Shown here piece by piece: positions 51,001-60,000 of a stretch of DNA of 60,000 nucleotides. The stretch comes from Felis catus (lineage: Eukaryota): NCBI RefSeq assembly GCF_018350175.1, contig NC_058369.1, forward strand, positions 16,680,001 to 16,740,000. Reading direction: 5' to 3'. The notes below the pieces were generated by a model, which saw nothing but the letters and a program-made list of their open reading frames with translations, was not told the DNA's origin and did not search any database. How positions within the stretch are numbered: the first letter of the stretch is position 1; each line of letters opens with the position of its first letter. Position numbers and translations under genes: made by a program.

Positions 51001-54000
51001 GGGCTGTTGAGGGCCTCCAGCTGGATGACTGTCCAGTGTGGTGCGGGGAGCCAGGCTTAGATCTCTGGGCCAATCAGGTGATGTGAGGAAATGGGTCATT
51101 GGCTCCCCCTGTAACCAGCCTCCATGTCACATCCTGAGACCATAGGGGCTTCTCCTCATGCCTGGCAGACTCACCCTCCTGTACCGAATGGAAAGAAGCT
51201 GCTTGGAAACACAGGGCTGGAGCACCAGACCCCACAGAACAGGGCCTGGCAGCACCTCCTGGCTGACCAACTCCTTTTTTTTTTTTTTTTGTATCTCAGA
51301 TGGAACACGAACCTGACCGATGCCTTTAAAGATCAGGGACATTTTCTGGATGGAACTAATGCCTTGGAAACAGCACAGACTCAAGTAAGTTCCCTGACGG
51401 TCAGGGGTTTTCATCATAAACATAATGAGGATAATTCAGCGCCTTCTGTTTAAGTAGCACACCAGGCTAGGAGCACCTCTCCGCTCGGGAAACTTCCCTG
51501 GTGGACCCCACTGCAGCCTGCAGGCATGATCTTCTCTCAGCAGAGCAGAATATCAAGTGTTTGTCTGCTGCCTGTTTACACCCACGGCTCACAACCTTTA
51601 CACCACCTCACAGAATCACAGACTGACAGAGTACGAGGGTCACCTGGAGGTCATCAGTCCAGCCTCCTAGTCCATAGGTGAAAACTCTGAGGCAATTCCA
51701 CAGAAGCTACCCCATGGTCCAGAAAACAGGCATCTATACTGAAGAGGGCGCTAGAAATAACACAGGCAGACTGGCTGTGGTCCATGGAAGTTGGCAGCCC
51801 AGGTAATTTTCCATGCCTCTCTCAAGAACTCATGCTTATAAATGCTTATCATTTTTTAAGTTTACTTATCTTGAGAGAGAGAGAGAGAGAAAGAGAGCAT
51901 GAGGGACAGAGAGAAAGGGAGAGAGAGAAAATCCCAAGCAGGTTCTGCCCTATCAGTGCAGAGCACGATAAGCTCTTTTTTAATTAAAAAAAAAATTTTT
52001 TTAATGTTTTTATTTATTTTTGGGACAGAGAGAGACAGAGCATGAGCAGGGGAAGGACAGACAGAGAGGGAGGCATAGAATCCGAAGCAGGCTCCAGGCT
52101 CTGAGCCGTCAGCACAGAGCCTGACGCGGGGCTCAAACTCACAGACTGCGAGATCATGGCCTGAGCTGAAGTCGAACACTTGACCAACTGAGCCACCCAG
52201 GCGCCCCTTAAATTTTTTTAATTAAAAAAAAAATGTTCATTTTTTAAGTAGGCTTCGCACCCAGCATGGAGCCCATTGCAGGGTTTGAACTCACAGCCCT
52301 TGAGATCAAGGTCTGAGCTTAGATCAAGAGTCAGACACTTAACCGACTGAGGCACCCAGGTGCCCCCCCCCCACCTTTTTAAAGAAATAAAACACTGCAG
52401 ACAAATATGCAGCCCCTATGTACCTCTCTCCAAGTCCACCGCCCCCCCCGACATCCCAGAGGGAACCCCCAGCCTCAGGTTGGTCTTTTTGCCCCTGCGT
52501 TTTGTTGTTGTTGCTTTTTTTTTTAATGCACACACATGTATCGATGAACGATATTCAGCTATGCTTCACATGTGTTTAGACAGATGCTACCATTTGGCCC
52601 GCTTCAATCCTGCTTGAGATTATCCAGCTGGCAGCTCGAGCCCTGGCTCTCTCCCTCCCTGACTCACTCAGCTCTTCTCTGGTGAAGGGCTAGCGGTCCC
52701 GTGCCCCGCTGCTCACTAGTACAATCAGCACAGGCACCGTTCTGCCTCGAGGCTCTTCACACACGTATGTGGGGAATGCCTCCAGACTGTCCACCGGGAA
52801 AGGGAACACTGCTGACCCACACAGCGAGCAGCGCGCTAGCTAACATTTACTGAGCATTCACTCCACGACAGCACTGTGGGAAGAGGTTTCTCCCCATTGT
52901 ACGATTCTCCACAGCCTCTCTTAGAGAGTGGATTCTGCCACTCCCCCAATTTACTATTGAAGAAATGGTGGCTTACTAAGAATAAGTATCCTGCTGAGGC
53001 TGTACAGCTGATGGAAGGAAAGAGCAGGTTGCTGAACCCCCAATGTGGGGGCCATGGCTCTTAACTACTGTGCCAGTGGTTCTTGAGTGTGACCCCGGAA
53101 GAGCAGCAGCAGCAGCATCCGGAAACTTATTAGAAACGTGAATCCTTAGGCCTCACCCTTTGGCCAATGGAATCAGGAACTCTGAATGGGTTCAGTGACC
53201 TGCGGTTCCAGAAGCCTGCCTAGAGGGGCTCCTGGGTGGCTCAGGCGATTAAGCGACAGGCTCCAGGTTTCCGCTCAGGTCATGGTCTCACAGTTCCTGA
53301 GATGAAGCCCTGTGTGGGGCTCTGCTCTGATGGTGTGGAGCCTGCTTGGGATTCTTTCTCACCTCTCTCTCTGCCTGTCGCCCCCTCACATTCTCTCTCT
53401 CAAAACAAACAAACATACAAACAAACAAACATTAAAAAAAAAAAAAAGAAGCCGGCCTGGGGTTCTGCTACCAGCTCATGTCTGAGAGCCACTGCTCTAA
53501 CCCACCCCCCTCCTCAACCTCCAAACCATGGGTTAGTTACACAGAGCCACGGGGACCACTATTTTCCTTTAGGATTTGGAATCTGGAAGGTTTAACTACT
53601 TTGTCATGAGCTCAGGGCACGTACATGCTCCTGTCTCTGGTAACCGTGATTCCACAAGCATCCTGAAGGAAAATGAGGTAAATGAGTTTTTACTTTACAA
53701 GAAGTTGCCAGGATGCTCTTGAAAGCAATTTAATAGATTATGCTCTGGCCAGGAACAGACAAAGCCTCTCGTTTCTGCACATTCTCGCCACCACTCTGCA
53801 TTGTGGAAACGTGCTAATTTTTGCTAGTCTGAGGGTGGACTTTCACTAACGTTTCAACCTACACCTCCCTGGTGGTGGTGCTGAGCGCTCCTTCTGATCG
53901 GTCAGCTGTGCTTGCTGAGAGGGATCACACAGGTCGGCAGCAAATAGGTTCCGTAGCGTTATAACCAGAGGAGTCTGAGAGATGGTCCACACTGACTGAA

Positions 54001-57000
54001 CTCTGAAACAGCTCTAAGGAACTCTCATATAGAAGCCCAGGGTAGTCAGAGGCCCTGAAGCCTCACACATGAACTGGGTGGGGACCTGACCTAGTCCTTT
54101 CACCTGTGTGGTGGCCCCCAAGTGGGGGGGTCTCCAGGGGCTCTGAAGACTCTGGCCTGTCCCAGAGTGGAAAGGGACTGACCCGGGATCGCATTGAGGC
54201 AGGAAGGGAAGACAGGCTTGTGTGACCCAGGCAACAAACCCACACACCTCCACGGTGAGACATCTGCCCACAAACCCCTTACTACCTCAGCATCATATTT
54301 TTCGTTGATGGCAGGCTCAGTGGTGACCAGCTTCATCCTGCTGGCAAACCGCAGTGAAGACAGCTGAAAAACAGATCAGACAGCCCTCTATGTCTTTGGC
54401 CAATTGCTTATGAATAGAGATATTTTTAAAACAGGCCAAAGGAGTCCACTAGGAAAGACGAACTTCTGCATATAAGTCTACTCCAATGTGAAGTGTGGGG
54501 TATCCTTGGGGGTTCCACCCGAGTCCCTCTGGAGGGGCAGCCAGGCAGGGGTAATTATGGCCGCAGGCCCAGGAGGCAGCCACGTAAGTAGGCACTTGAG
54601 AAACAGCCCCGGCACTGTGCCCCACTGCACCGATGTTACACAACAGGTGGAGGCCTGTCCCTTGGCAACGAAGAACTGCCAGTGGTAGCACGGGGCGGGC
54701 CCTGAGATCCCAGCCACACACGATGGCGGGCTGTCGCAGGGCCCCGAAACAGGGGGGCGGGCCTGGGGGAGGGCCACCCAGAAGTGGCCCAGAAGAAGGC
54801 CCGAAAGTGCTCTTCAGTCCACCCTGGTGATTGAGAACCCTACCGATGACCCACCACGTGACCTCAGACAGGTTTTGTAGCTTCTCTGTAAAGTCAGGGA
54901 GACTTCATGAAGAGGTGGGTGGTGTGCTCTGGATGGAGCTGACAGGAGGCCCTCCGGAGGAGGCCCCTGTCACTAGTCGGAGCTGCTTCTGTGTGGGGTG
55001 GATTCGGACTCTCCTGCTCCAAACAGCAGCGAGTGTGGCCACGACCCCCTCGCTGTGTTTACTCCCACACATACGTGCAGCGGCCCTGAATAAAGCAATG
55101 TGATCCACGACAGGAACACTGTCAAGGTTTTAAAGCTTTTGGAGAAGAGACTCATTAGCTTCCACACCCCAATATACCTTCGTCCCAAGCCCCTGAGGCC
55201 CCTCCAGCAGCTCCTCTGGGCTCCATGGGCACCGTCCTGGATCACAGGATGGGATGGCAGGGTACCAGCAGAATGGCTTTCTATGCGGTGACCATCTTAG
55301 GGGTGGGAATGAGAGAGAGGGGCCTTCCACCGTCTTGGAGGGCATTGCTCAACAAGGCAGTCAGGAGGCCCAGTTTTCATATGGCTCCTCTCGGGGTTCA
55401 CTCGTGCTTTGTTATACTATGTGGTTCCTGAAGCCTTCCCCCGCTAGGGATGCTGCCTGCACGTCAGTGGGAGCTCCCTCCCCGGCCTCCCAAGCCCCAG
55501 GGCGCTCTCTCTGGAAGCTGGGATGGTCCCTGATGCAAGAAACTGGGAGGCCCTGCAGGAGCATCTTGCCCTGCAACGTGCCTGGGAAGGACCTGTTTCA
55601 CCTAAGTGGATTCGCCAGATGACCGAGGCTCGCCTTAAACATCCACACCCGACAAAACGTCTATGGAGCGCTTTCCAAATCTGTCTTATTTATGATGAGT
55701 GGCCCTTCAGAGGAAGAAGGGAAGCCTCAACCGGAATGCCCAGTTGTGTGAGCTCACCTGTGTCACTGCCTCAGCCATTAGAGCCCATATTCCTGCCTCT
55801 GGGTCTCCTAAGCTTGTCCCCTCCCAGGTCCCCTGGGTCTTGCTGCTGGGTTAATCTTCCTGAGTCACAACTCTGGCCACAGCCCTCCCTGCTCAAACCC
55901 CATGACACCCCAGCAACCAACAGAACAGCCAAGGCGGCACCCTGGCCGCCAGGACCCGAGCAGCCTCTGGAGTCTTTTCTCCCCCTTCTCCTTCCTGAAC
56001 ACCACCCCCCCACTCCCCCTGCAGCAGCCAGGTGTTCCCGGCATGGGCCACACCATCAGGCCCACAGTTGCCTCTGCCAGAAGCATCTCTGCTTTCTTTT
56101 TATTTTATTTGTTTTTAAATGTTTACTTATTGTGAGAGAGAGCGCGCACACGTGCGTAAGGGGCAGAGAGGGAGAGAAAGAATCCCAAGCAGGCTCTGTG
56201 CTGTCAGCACAGAGCCCGATGTGGGACTTGAACCCACAAGCCATAAGAGCCTAATCCTGAACCAAAACCAAGAGCCAGCCACGTAACGAATTGAGCCACC
56301 CAGGCAACCCGCCTCTCTGCTTTCTGTACCACCAACCCTTTAAACCCAGCCAGCTCGGTGCCCACCTTCCTCACCCCACTTTCAGGAAAAGTACCTTTTC
56401 CTCTGAAGGATTCTTTCGTCCAGACCTCTCACATTACTCAGGGCCATGGCAAGGAACTCTGAGGCGCAAGGCCACGTATAAGTCACCTCTACCGAGCTGC
56501 TCTTCCCCCCACACGCACACACAGTATGTGCTCAATGCCCATCAGTTTGCGCCAGCCTCATAACCACAGCCTGGAACCCTGTGGTGCTTCTAAGATTTTT
56601 CAGCATGTAATTATGAAGAACAAGAAATCAGCTGCCCTAGATCCCAATTCACAGGAGCAGCACCGTGGGAAGCATGGTCCTCGCCCCCGCAAAACCCTCT
56701 TCACATAGACTCCCACGCTGCGCCTGCTCCCTGCCTTGCCTCTTCCTCAACACAGCCTCTGCCCCTTGGTACTTGGTATTTGGATCCCGCAACAATTTTG
56801 GTTGATTCGGTCCCCGGATCTCTTCCCTCTTGACAGTATCTATGGCCCAGTACGCCAGCTTAGCCAACCCGGAGCCAGCCTTACCCAGCCCTGGAACCCA
56901 CGAGAAGGGATTCCAACCAGGCTGCCTCGGCTATCTTTACGTACCGTCTCTTCTAACTGGGCGGCTTCTCCATAGATGTTTGTCAAGAGAACCATATTGC

Positions 57001-59305
57001 AATTTCCCCCTGCAGAAAGCAGGACACAGAAGGGCCATGAACCATGTGGGTATTCTGCCAAGAGATTCTTTTAAGGCTGGTGGGGGTCTGCTATGGGTTG
57101 AGAGTTTGTGTCCTGACAAAATTCCTATGTTGAAGTCCTATCCCCAAGTGTGATGGTATCTGGAGATGGGGCCTGGGGGAGGTGATCAGGTTTAGAGGAG
57201 GTCCTGAGTGCAGAGCCGCCATAATGAGATTAGTGCCCTTATATGAGAGAAAGAGAAAGACCAGAACTCTGTCTCTCTTTCTGGTCCCTTTCTCTTTTCT
57301 TTCTTGCTCTTTGCCGTGTGAAGGCACAGAAAGAAAGCAGCTGTGTATGAGCCAAAAAGAGCCCTCACCAGGAACCATCCATGCTGAACCTTGATCTGGG
57401 ACTTCCAGCCTCCAGAGCTGTAAGGAATAAATGTCTATTGTTGAAGCACTCCAGACTGTGGCGTTTTGTTACAGCCACCTGAGCTGACTCAGACAGAGTC
57501 AGGAGGGACATGCCCAAGCATGTGTGAGACTGGAGGAGAGCAGGGAAGGGGAGAGGCCACTGGATGTACCTAAAAGAGGAGCCGGGGGAACAGCAGAGGA
57601 GAGATGGCACGGGGCAGGGGAGAGGGCTGTGGGCCAGGGCTTTGCTACTGGTGGCTCTCAACTAGTAATCAGACACCCAAGACCGTGCCATCAGGCGACA
57701 CAAATATGACAAACACAACCCCCGTTCCTCTGTCAGGGAGGCTGTGGGGGAAGAGAAGGAGGCATGACAGAGACCCTCCACCTGGTCACCTTGAAGGCCG
57801 TGAAGGATTCTGCCAGGTTAGGGATGAGGGGAAGTGAGAAGGTAGTCCCAACAGAGGCCAGAGTTTAAGCAAAGCTTCTGAGGGAGCAGCACTGCATGCT
57901 GTGGGTGAAAGAGGGGACCATGCATGACTCTGCCTTTTCAGCTGTGTCTGGGATCACAGTGAAAAGGTTGCAGGGAAGTGCCAGCTGCCGGAAGGGAGCA
58001 ATTCCATTACCACCAGCAGCAGCTAGACCCGGCCTGGCCCTCCTCCCTGTGCATGGACCTCGCCCTCACCTGCCCTTACCTAATGAGTCCTTGAGGGTGT
58101 GGGTAAGCTTGCACTGCCGGAAGGGGACGTGCTCCCGCTTCTGGTCCCCGAGGGCAATGATGGCCTGCTCCAGGAATGACAGCGACTTGTTGATGTAGGT
58201 GGCTTCCTTCAGGACTCGGCCCTCAGACTACAAACCAAAGGTCAATTCCACTTCACACCAAATGGGGAGGCTGCCTCACTGGGAACACTGTGGGTGGGTG
58301 GCCAGGCCGGAGCCTCCTTTCCAGAGCCAGCTCTTTTCTCAATATCATGGGATTGTATTCCATCATGGCCTAATACTAATACTCACAGGAATGCTCATGC
58401 AAATATTCATGGGAATGCTCATGGGAATATGAATACTTCTGTGAATATTCACATGAATTCTCACGTAAGAGTCACATCGATATGAATACGCACAGGAATG
58501 TTTGTGCAGACACTTGGGCAAATCATCCTGTGACTATCACACACATACAAACACTTAGCTGAATGCACATAGGAATGCTCACTGCATACTTGTGTGAATA
58601 CTTATACTAATTCATGGCCAAGCCCATGAATAGCTGAGCTGAAATACTCATGGAAAGACTCATGTGGACACTCCTACTCATATGCAGAGAAATGTTACTA
58701 CCAGCACCAAGCATTTTCTGAGTACTTATGGGGGGCTAGGCACCTGGCTAAGAATTTAGGGGCTGTCTTCTCATTTAATATTTACAAAAATCCTCTTAGG
58801 TAGGATGTAACTATGGTGCAGCTGTTTCCCCTCCACTAATTCCATCCCTCAAAGCTCCATGGGGTCATGCCCACATGCTCCACTGCGCCTAGCTCAGGGC
58901 TGGGCGCACAAATGCCCCATGAGGGACGTCCCATGTGCATAGGCACTGTGCAGGAAACAGGGCTGTGGCTTGAGAAGGGATGTCCTGCTCCCACTTACCC
59001 CAGACTTTCCCAGCCTTTCTGAGCCCGCTAGATCCACCAAGTTAATTTTGGAAGTGATGTACTTTTCGTCTGATAAGGTCCTCGAATGAACCTACAAAAC
59101 ATCCAAACAGAGGTTAGATGTCACAGGGAGAAGCTTCTAGTCTGCAGCAGGTCCAGTGGGACTGGGCTGTGCCCCCCCCCCATCCCCCCATCACTGGGCT
59201 ATTCAAGGAGCTCAGACCCACCTCCACATAGATGGTGAAAATGCAGTGCGACCTGGATGAGTTTTTATTCATTGTGTGGGAGGCTATAATCCTGTTGGTC
59301 TCTCC
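22728..59305 (-). CDS. KIF9: Kinesin family member 9, 3' 16 coding exons (5' part outside window); 592 aa + stop
   Basis: Manually spliced GT-AG exons keep one frame (1779 nt); kinesin switch I/II motifs; C-terminus [16 protein letters not shown] recognised as KIF9. Confidence 0.97.
23362..24400 (-). mobile_element. Old L1 (L1MB-like) 3' fragment with nested Can-SINEs (about 23420-23605 minus, 24162-24358 plus)
   Basis: ttaaccatttttaagtgtacag; gacattgagcatcttttcat...tttgagaaatgtcta. Confidence 0.85.
24549..24596. repeat. (CA)n microsatellite
   Basis: About 24 CA units. Confidence 0.95.
24765..24945. repeat. Polypyrimidine tract of (CTTT/CCTT)n-(CCCCT)n-(CTCCT)n, tail of a short minus-strand SINE (about 24947-25044)
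   Basis: About 180 nt almost purely C/T. Confidence 0.92.
25216..25465 (+). mobile_element. Can-SINE with (CT)n expansion
   Basis: Consensus body. Confidence 0.88.
25730..26115 (+). mobile_element. MaLR solo LTR (MLT1A-like) inserted in an old L1MC/MD 3' fragment (about 25680-27150)
   Basis: gggaggtaattaggtttagatgaaatcatgagggt; ccttgatcttggtcttcccagcctccagaac; ends ttgttatagcatcccaggctgaataagaca. Confidence 0.85.
26279..27387. mobile_element. Three Can-SINEs (26279-26495 plus; 26755-26969 minus; 27150-27387 minus)
   Basis: Consensus matches. Confidence 0.88.
27670..29850 (+). mobile_element. Degraded L1 ORF2 (RT region) interrupted by MER5A-like element (about 27775-27935) and four Can-SINEs (28272-28520, 28596-28790, 28833-29055 plus; 29332-29560 minus, young)
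   Basis: aaaccccatagccaacattatacttaatgg...caggaacaagacaaagatg; tatgacatgatc at the ADD motif position; SINE TSDs visible. Confidence 0.88.
30590..30710. mobile_element. MER5A-like fragment
   Basis: tgctactcaaagtgtg...ttagaaatgtggaatctcaggctccaccctagac. Confidence 0.75.
31439..32270 (+). mobile_element. Young feline L1, 5'-truncated (about 830 bp), intact ORF2 C-terminus, poly(A), 17-bp TSD
   Basis: ORF 31407-32030 is ORF2 C-term (CWRGCGE...[12 protein letters not shown]); TSD aaaagtacacatgtcct. Confidence 0.96.
32284..32940 (+). mobile_element. Three tandem Can-SINEs (32284-32515, 32529-32745, 32764-32940)
   Basis: Three heads and tails, each followed by a copy of the same target duplication. 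Confidence 0.95.
33343..33678 (-). mobile_element. Can-SINE with (GA)n expansion (about 33495-33553) and (TA/CA/TG)n tail (about 33343-33442)
   Basis: Reverse consensus plus simple repeats. Confidence 0.9.
34242..34346 (-). CDS. KIF9: KIF9 penultimate exon, 105 nt: [35 protein letters not shown]
   Basis: ttatag|GGA ... AAG|gtaact. Confidence 0.94.
34756..34871 (-). CDS. KIF9: KIF9 exon, 116 nt: (E)[38 protein letters not shown]
   Basis: ttgcag|AA ... CTG|gtgagt. Confidence 0.95.
35324..35500 (-). CDS. KIF9: KIF9 exon, 177 nt: (G)[58 protein letters not shown](E)
   Basis: ctgcag|GT ... ACAG|gtgtgc; phase 1-1. Confidence 0.95.
35733..35957 (+). mobile_element. Can-SINE
   Basis: Consensus. 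Confidence 0.9.
36780..38165. mobile_element. hAT-Charlie-like remnant interrupted by four Can-SINEs (36806-37010 plus; about 37240-37477, 37535-37744, 37760-37977 minus)
   Basis: SINEs are clear; host gccaaatttgctgaccttct...aagtggctatca resembles a Charlie transposase remnant (tentative). Confidence 0.55.
38527..38690. mobile_element. MER5-like element
   Basis: ttaaaatgcaggttctgagccttgctccagatcc...gggcctgggaacctgtgtttgac. Confidence 0.65.
39346..39560 (-). CDS. KIF9: KIF9 exon, 215 nt: (R)[71 protein letters not shown](G)
   Basis: ctttag|G ... CAAG|gtaaat; coiled-coil-like. Confidence 0.95.
39889..41292. mobile_element. Four Can-SINEs (39889-40095 and 40288-40508 plus; about 40920-41052 and 41095-41292 minus)
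   Basis: Consensus matches. Confidence 0.88.
41581..41772 (-). CDS. KIF9: KIF9 exon, 192 nt, symmetric phase 2-2, S/T/P-rich: (S)[63 protein letters not shown](R)
   Basis: ttctag|C ... AG|gtgacc; in frame with flanking exons. Confidence 0.9.
43103..43236 (-). CDS. KIF9: KIF9 exon, 134 nt: [44 protein letters not shown](S)
   Basis: ttccag|GCA ... AG|gtgagt. Confidence 0.94.
43693..43783 (-). CDS. KIF9: KIF9 exon, 91 nt: (S)[30 protein letters not shown]
   Basis: tctcaag|C ... AAG|gtatgc. Confidence 0.93.
44103..44350 (+). mobile_element. Can-SINE with TSD aa(g)ggccctttgg
   Basis: Consensus plus direct repeat. Confidence 0.9.
44817..44872 (-). CDS. KIF9: KIF9 exon, 56 nt: [18 protein letters not shown](S)
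   Basis: ctccag|ATA ... AG|gtaagg. Confidence 0.93.
46032..46136 (-). CDS. KIF9: KIF9 exon, 105 nt: [35 protein letters not shown]
   Basis: ctccaag|GCC ... GAT|gtaagg. Confidence 0.93.
46880..46948 (-). CDS. KIF9: KIF9 exon, 69 nt: [23 protein letters not shown] (neck coil)
   Basis: ggcag|CGA ... CTG|gtaagg; heptad pattern. Confidence 0.94.
47815..47996. mobile_element. MER3 hAT-Charlie element
   Basis: cagtgctgtttgacagtacttcccgtaatgatggaaatgttctatatctg...ctactatactggatggtggag. Confidence 0.8.
48015..48490 (-). mobile_element. Two tandem Can-SINEs
   Basis: Reverse consensus twice; (TTTA)n tail. Confidence 0.9.
48521..49306 (+). mobile_element. Internally deleted Tigger1-type DNA transposon with two nested SINEs (about 48775-48892 minus, 49011-49170 plus)
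   Basis: TIRs catgcatacctc ... gaggtatgcctg; ttgaagatttgtggcaaccctg...caagtctatcggcac. Confidence 0.85.
49310..50030 (-). mobile_element. L1MA-like 3' end with nested Can-SINE (about 49515-49731)
   Basis: ttaactatggtcaccatgctgtac; ccacatgtaagtgagatcttgcagtattt. Confidence 0.85.
50040..50395. mobile_element. Short minus-strand SINE interrupted by a plus-strand Can-SINE (50133-50357)
   Basis: TSD agaattaYatgctctccc. Confidence 0.85.
50400..50560 (+). mobile_element. L2 3' end (continues L2 sequence at about 47500-47810)
   Basis: agtgcctggcacatggtaagtgctc...tgaatggataaatga. Confidence 0.75.
51853..52365 (-). mobile_element. Cluster of three minus-strand Can-SINEs
   Basis: Reverse consensus three times. 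Confidence 0.88.
53073..53495. mobile_element. MER5A-like element interrupted by a Can-SINE (53225-53447), preceded by a MIR remnant (about 52840-53070)
   Basis: cagtggttcttgagtgtg...gcagcagcatccggaaacttattagaaa; ends tctgagagccactg. Confidence 0.75.
54286..54363 (-). CDS. KIF9: KIF9 exon, 78 nt: [26 protein letters not shown] (end of motor domain/neck)
   Basis: tttcag|CTG ... GAG|gtagta; LRFA motif. Confidence 0.94.
56095..56310 (-). mobile_element. Can-SINE
   Basis: Reverse consensus. Confidence 0.85.
56945..57009 (-). CDS. KIF9: KIF9 exon, 65 nt: (G)[21 protein letters not shown]
   Basis: tgcag|GG ... ACG|gtacgt; phase matches neighbours. Confidence 0.95.
57089..57495 (+). mobile_element. 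MaLR solo LTR (MLT1A/MST-like), 5-bp TSD gggtc/gagtc
   Basis: tgctatgggttga...aattcctatgttgaagtccta; ccttgatctgggacttccagcctccagagctgt; ends gagctgactcagaca. Confidence 0.88.
58080..58227 (-). CDS. KIF9: KIF9 exon, 148 nt: [49 protein letters not shown](G)
   Basis: tgtag|TCT ... TTAG|gtaagg; INKSL and HVPFR-KLT motor motifs. Confidence 0.96.
58378..58690. repeat. Degenerate 12-bp tandem repeat (consensus about AATRCTCAYRKG)
   Basis: aatactcacagg aatgctcatgca aatattcatggg aatgctcatggg ... aatacttctgtg aatattcacatg. Confidence 0.75.
58999..59091 (-). CDS. KIF9: KIF9 exon, 93 nt: [31 protein letters not shown] (switch II)
   Basis: tgtag|GTT ... GGG|gtaagt; DLAGSE motif; follows a 130-nt intron. 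Confidence 0.96.
59222..59305 (-). CDS. KIF9: KIF9 exon, 84 nt: [28 protein letters not shown] (switch I)
   Basis: ttcag|GGA ... GAG|gtgggt; SSRSH motif. Confidence 0.96.
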
Positions 59306-59743
59306 CTGAAGAGGAGAGGAAAAGTAGACAGCATTTTGAAGAATTAAAACAATAAAGCATTTGGGTTATTTTCAACTATTCTGACAGGTATACAAGTGAT
59401 TTCATGTTACTGCAATCAGACCTTCCCGAGATATCTCATTTATACACTAGTAGAATGGGAGACCAATTGGAGTCCAGACCTAGACTTTCACCCTCTGCTA
59501 GGGATGTGTGAATTTGTAGAGCTTTCTGAAAAGCCAAGTAGCAATAAGAATGAAAAAGTCTTAAAAATATTCATGAATATTGACTAACAATTAACCTACA
59601 TACCCAATGATTAGGTCTATCTGTACAATGGAATGTTATATAGCCAGGAAAATGTTGACAAATATTTTTTTAATAATAGAGAAATGCAAAATCCAAAATT
59701 ATAACAAACTGACTTCAATGGCACATTAAAAGGATCATGTACC

Positions 59744-59957
59744 AGGGCACCTGGGTGGCTCAGTCAGTTAAGTGTCTGACTCTTGATTTTAGTCATGATC
59801 TCACGGTTTGTGAGTTTGAGCCCTGCATCAGGCTGTGCGGTAACAGTGGGAAGCCTGCTTGGGATTCTCTCTCTCCCTCTCTCTGTCTGCTCCTCCCCTG
59901 CTCAATCTCTCTGTCTCTCTCTCAAAATAAATTTAAAAACATTAAAAAAAATTTTTT
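59744..59957 (+). mobile_element. Can-SINE
   Basis: Consensus. Confidence 0.88.
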
Positions 59958-60000
59958 TTGCACATTTAATCCCATCTTGGCATCTGCTTCTCAGAAGGCA

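Noticed and set aside
372..52196. Many recurring ORFs of the type [35 protein letters not shown]
   Set aside because: Translations of dispersed Can-SINE copies, not a protein family or an array.
55523..56254. 243-aa plus-strand ORF, the longest in the track
   Set aside because: Intronic and antisense to KIF9, Pro-rich with no recognisable domain, and its end is a reverse SINE; likely chance in GC-rich DNA.
58105..58135. [10 protein letters not shown] instead of the usual kinesin HIPYRxSKLT
   Set aside because: By recall, PFRQCKLT is normal for mammalian KIF9, so not a novelty.

Overview
Mammalian nuclear DNA from a felid, judged by about 58 tRNA-derived Can-SINEs of the feline type plus carnivore L1 3' ends. 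The only protein-coding gene I can support is KIF9 (kinesin-9 family) on the minus strand. Sixteen GT-AG exons from 59305 down to the TAG stop at 22728-22730 splice into a continuous 592-codon frame. It runs from switch I (NKNSSRSH) and switch II (DLAGSER) of the motor domain through the stalk to the C-terminus [16 protein letters not shown]. The 5' part of the gene lies beyond the right edge. Positions 1-22 kb are repeat-rich non-coding DNA downstream of KIF9. Nearly all ORFs in the supplied track are SINE, L1, microsatellite or antisense artefacts. I found no novel multi-gene system. The most interesting signals are: (i) one L1-endonuclease site reused by four successive insertions, leaving five copies of the target duplication; (ii) a KIF9 exon with recursive-splicing architecture (AG|GTGAGT start, weak own donor, in-frame skip); (iii) an intronic RFX X-box/GC-box cluster; (iv) a displaced Tigger fragment and a non-repeat insert in an LTR; (v) a GYNGYN tandem donor; (vi) a degenerate 12-bp minisatellite. 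Exon coordinates were counted by hand. Repeat family names come from recall of consensus sequences and repeat boundaries are approximate.
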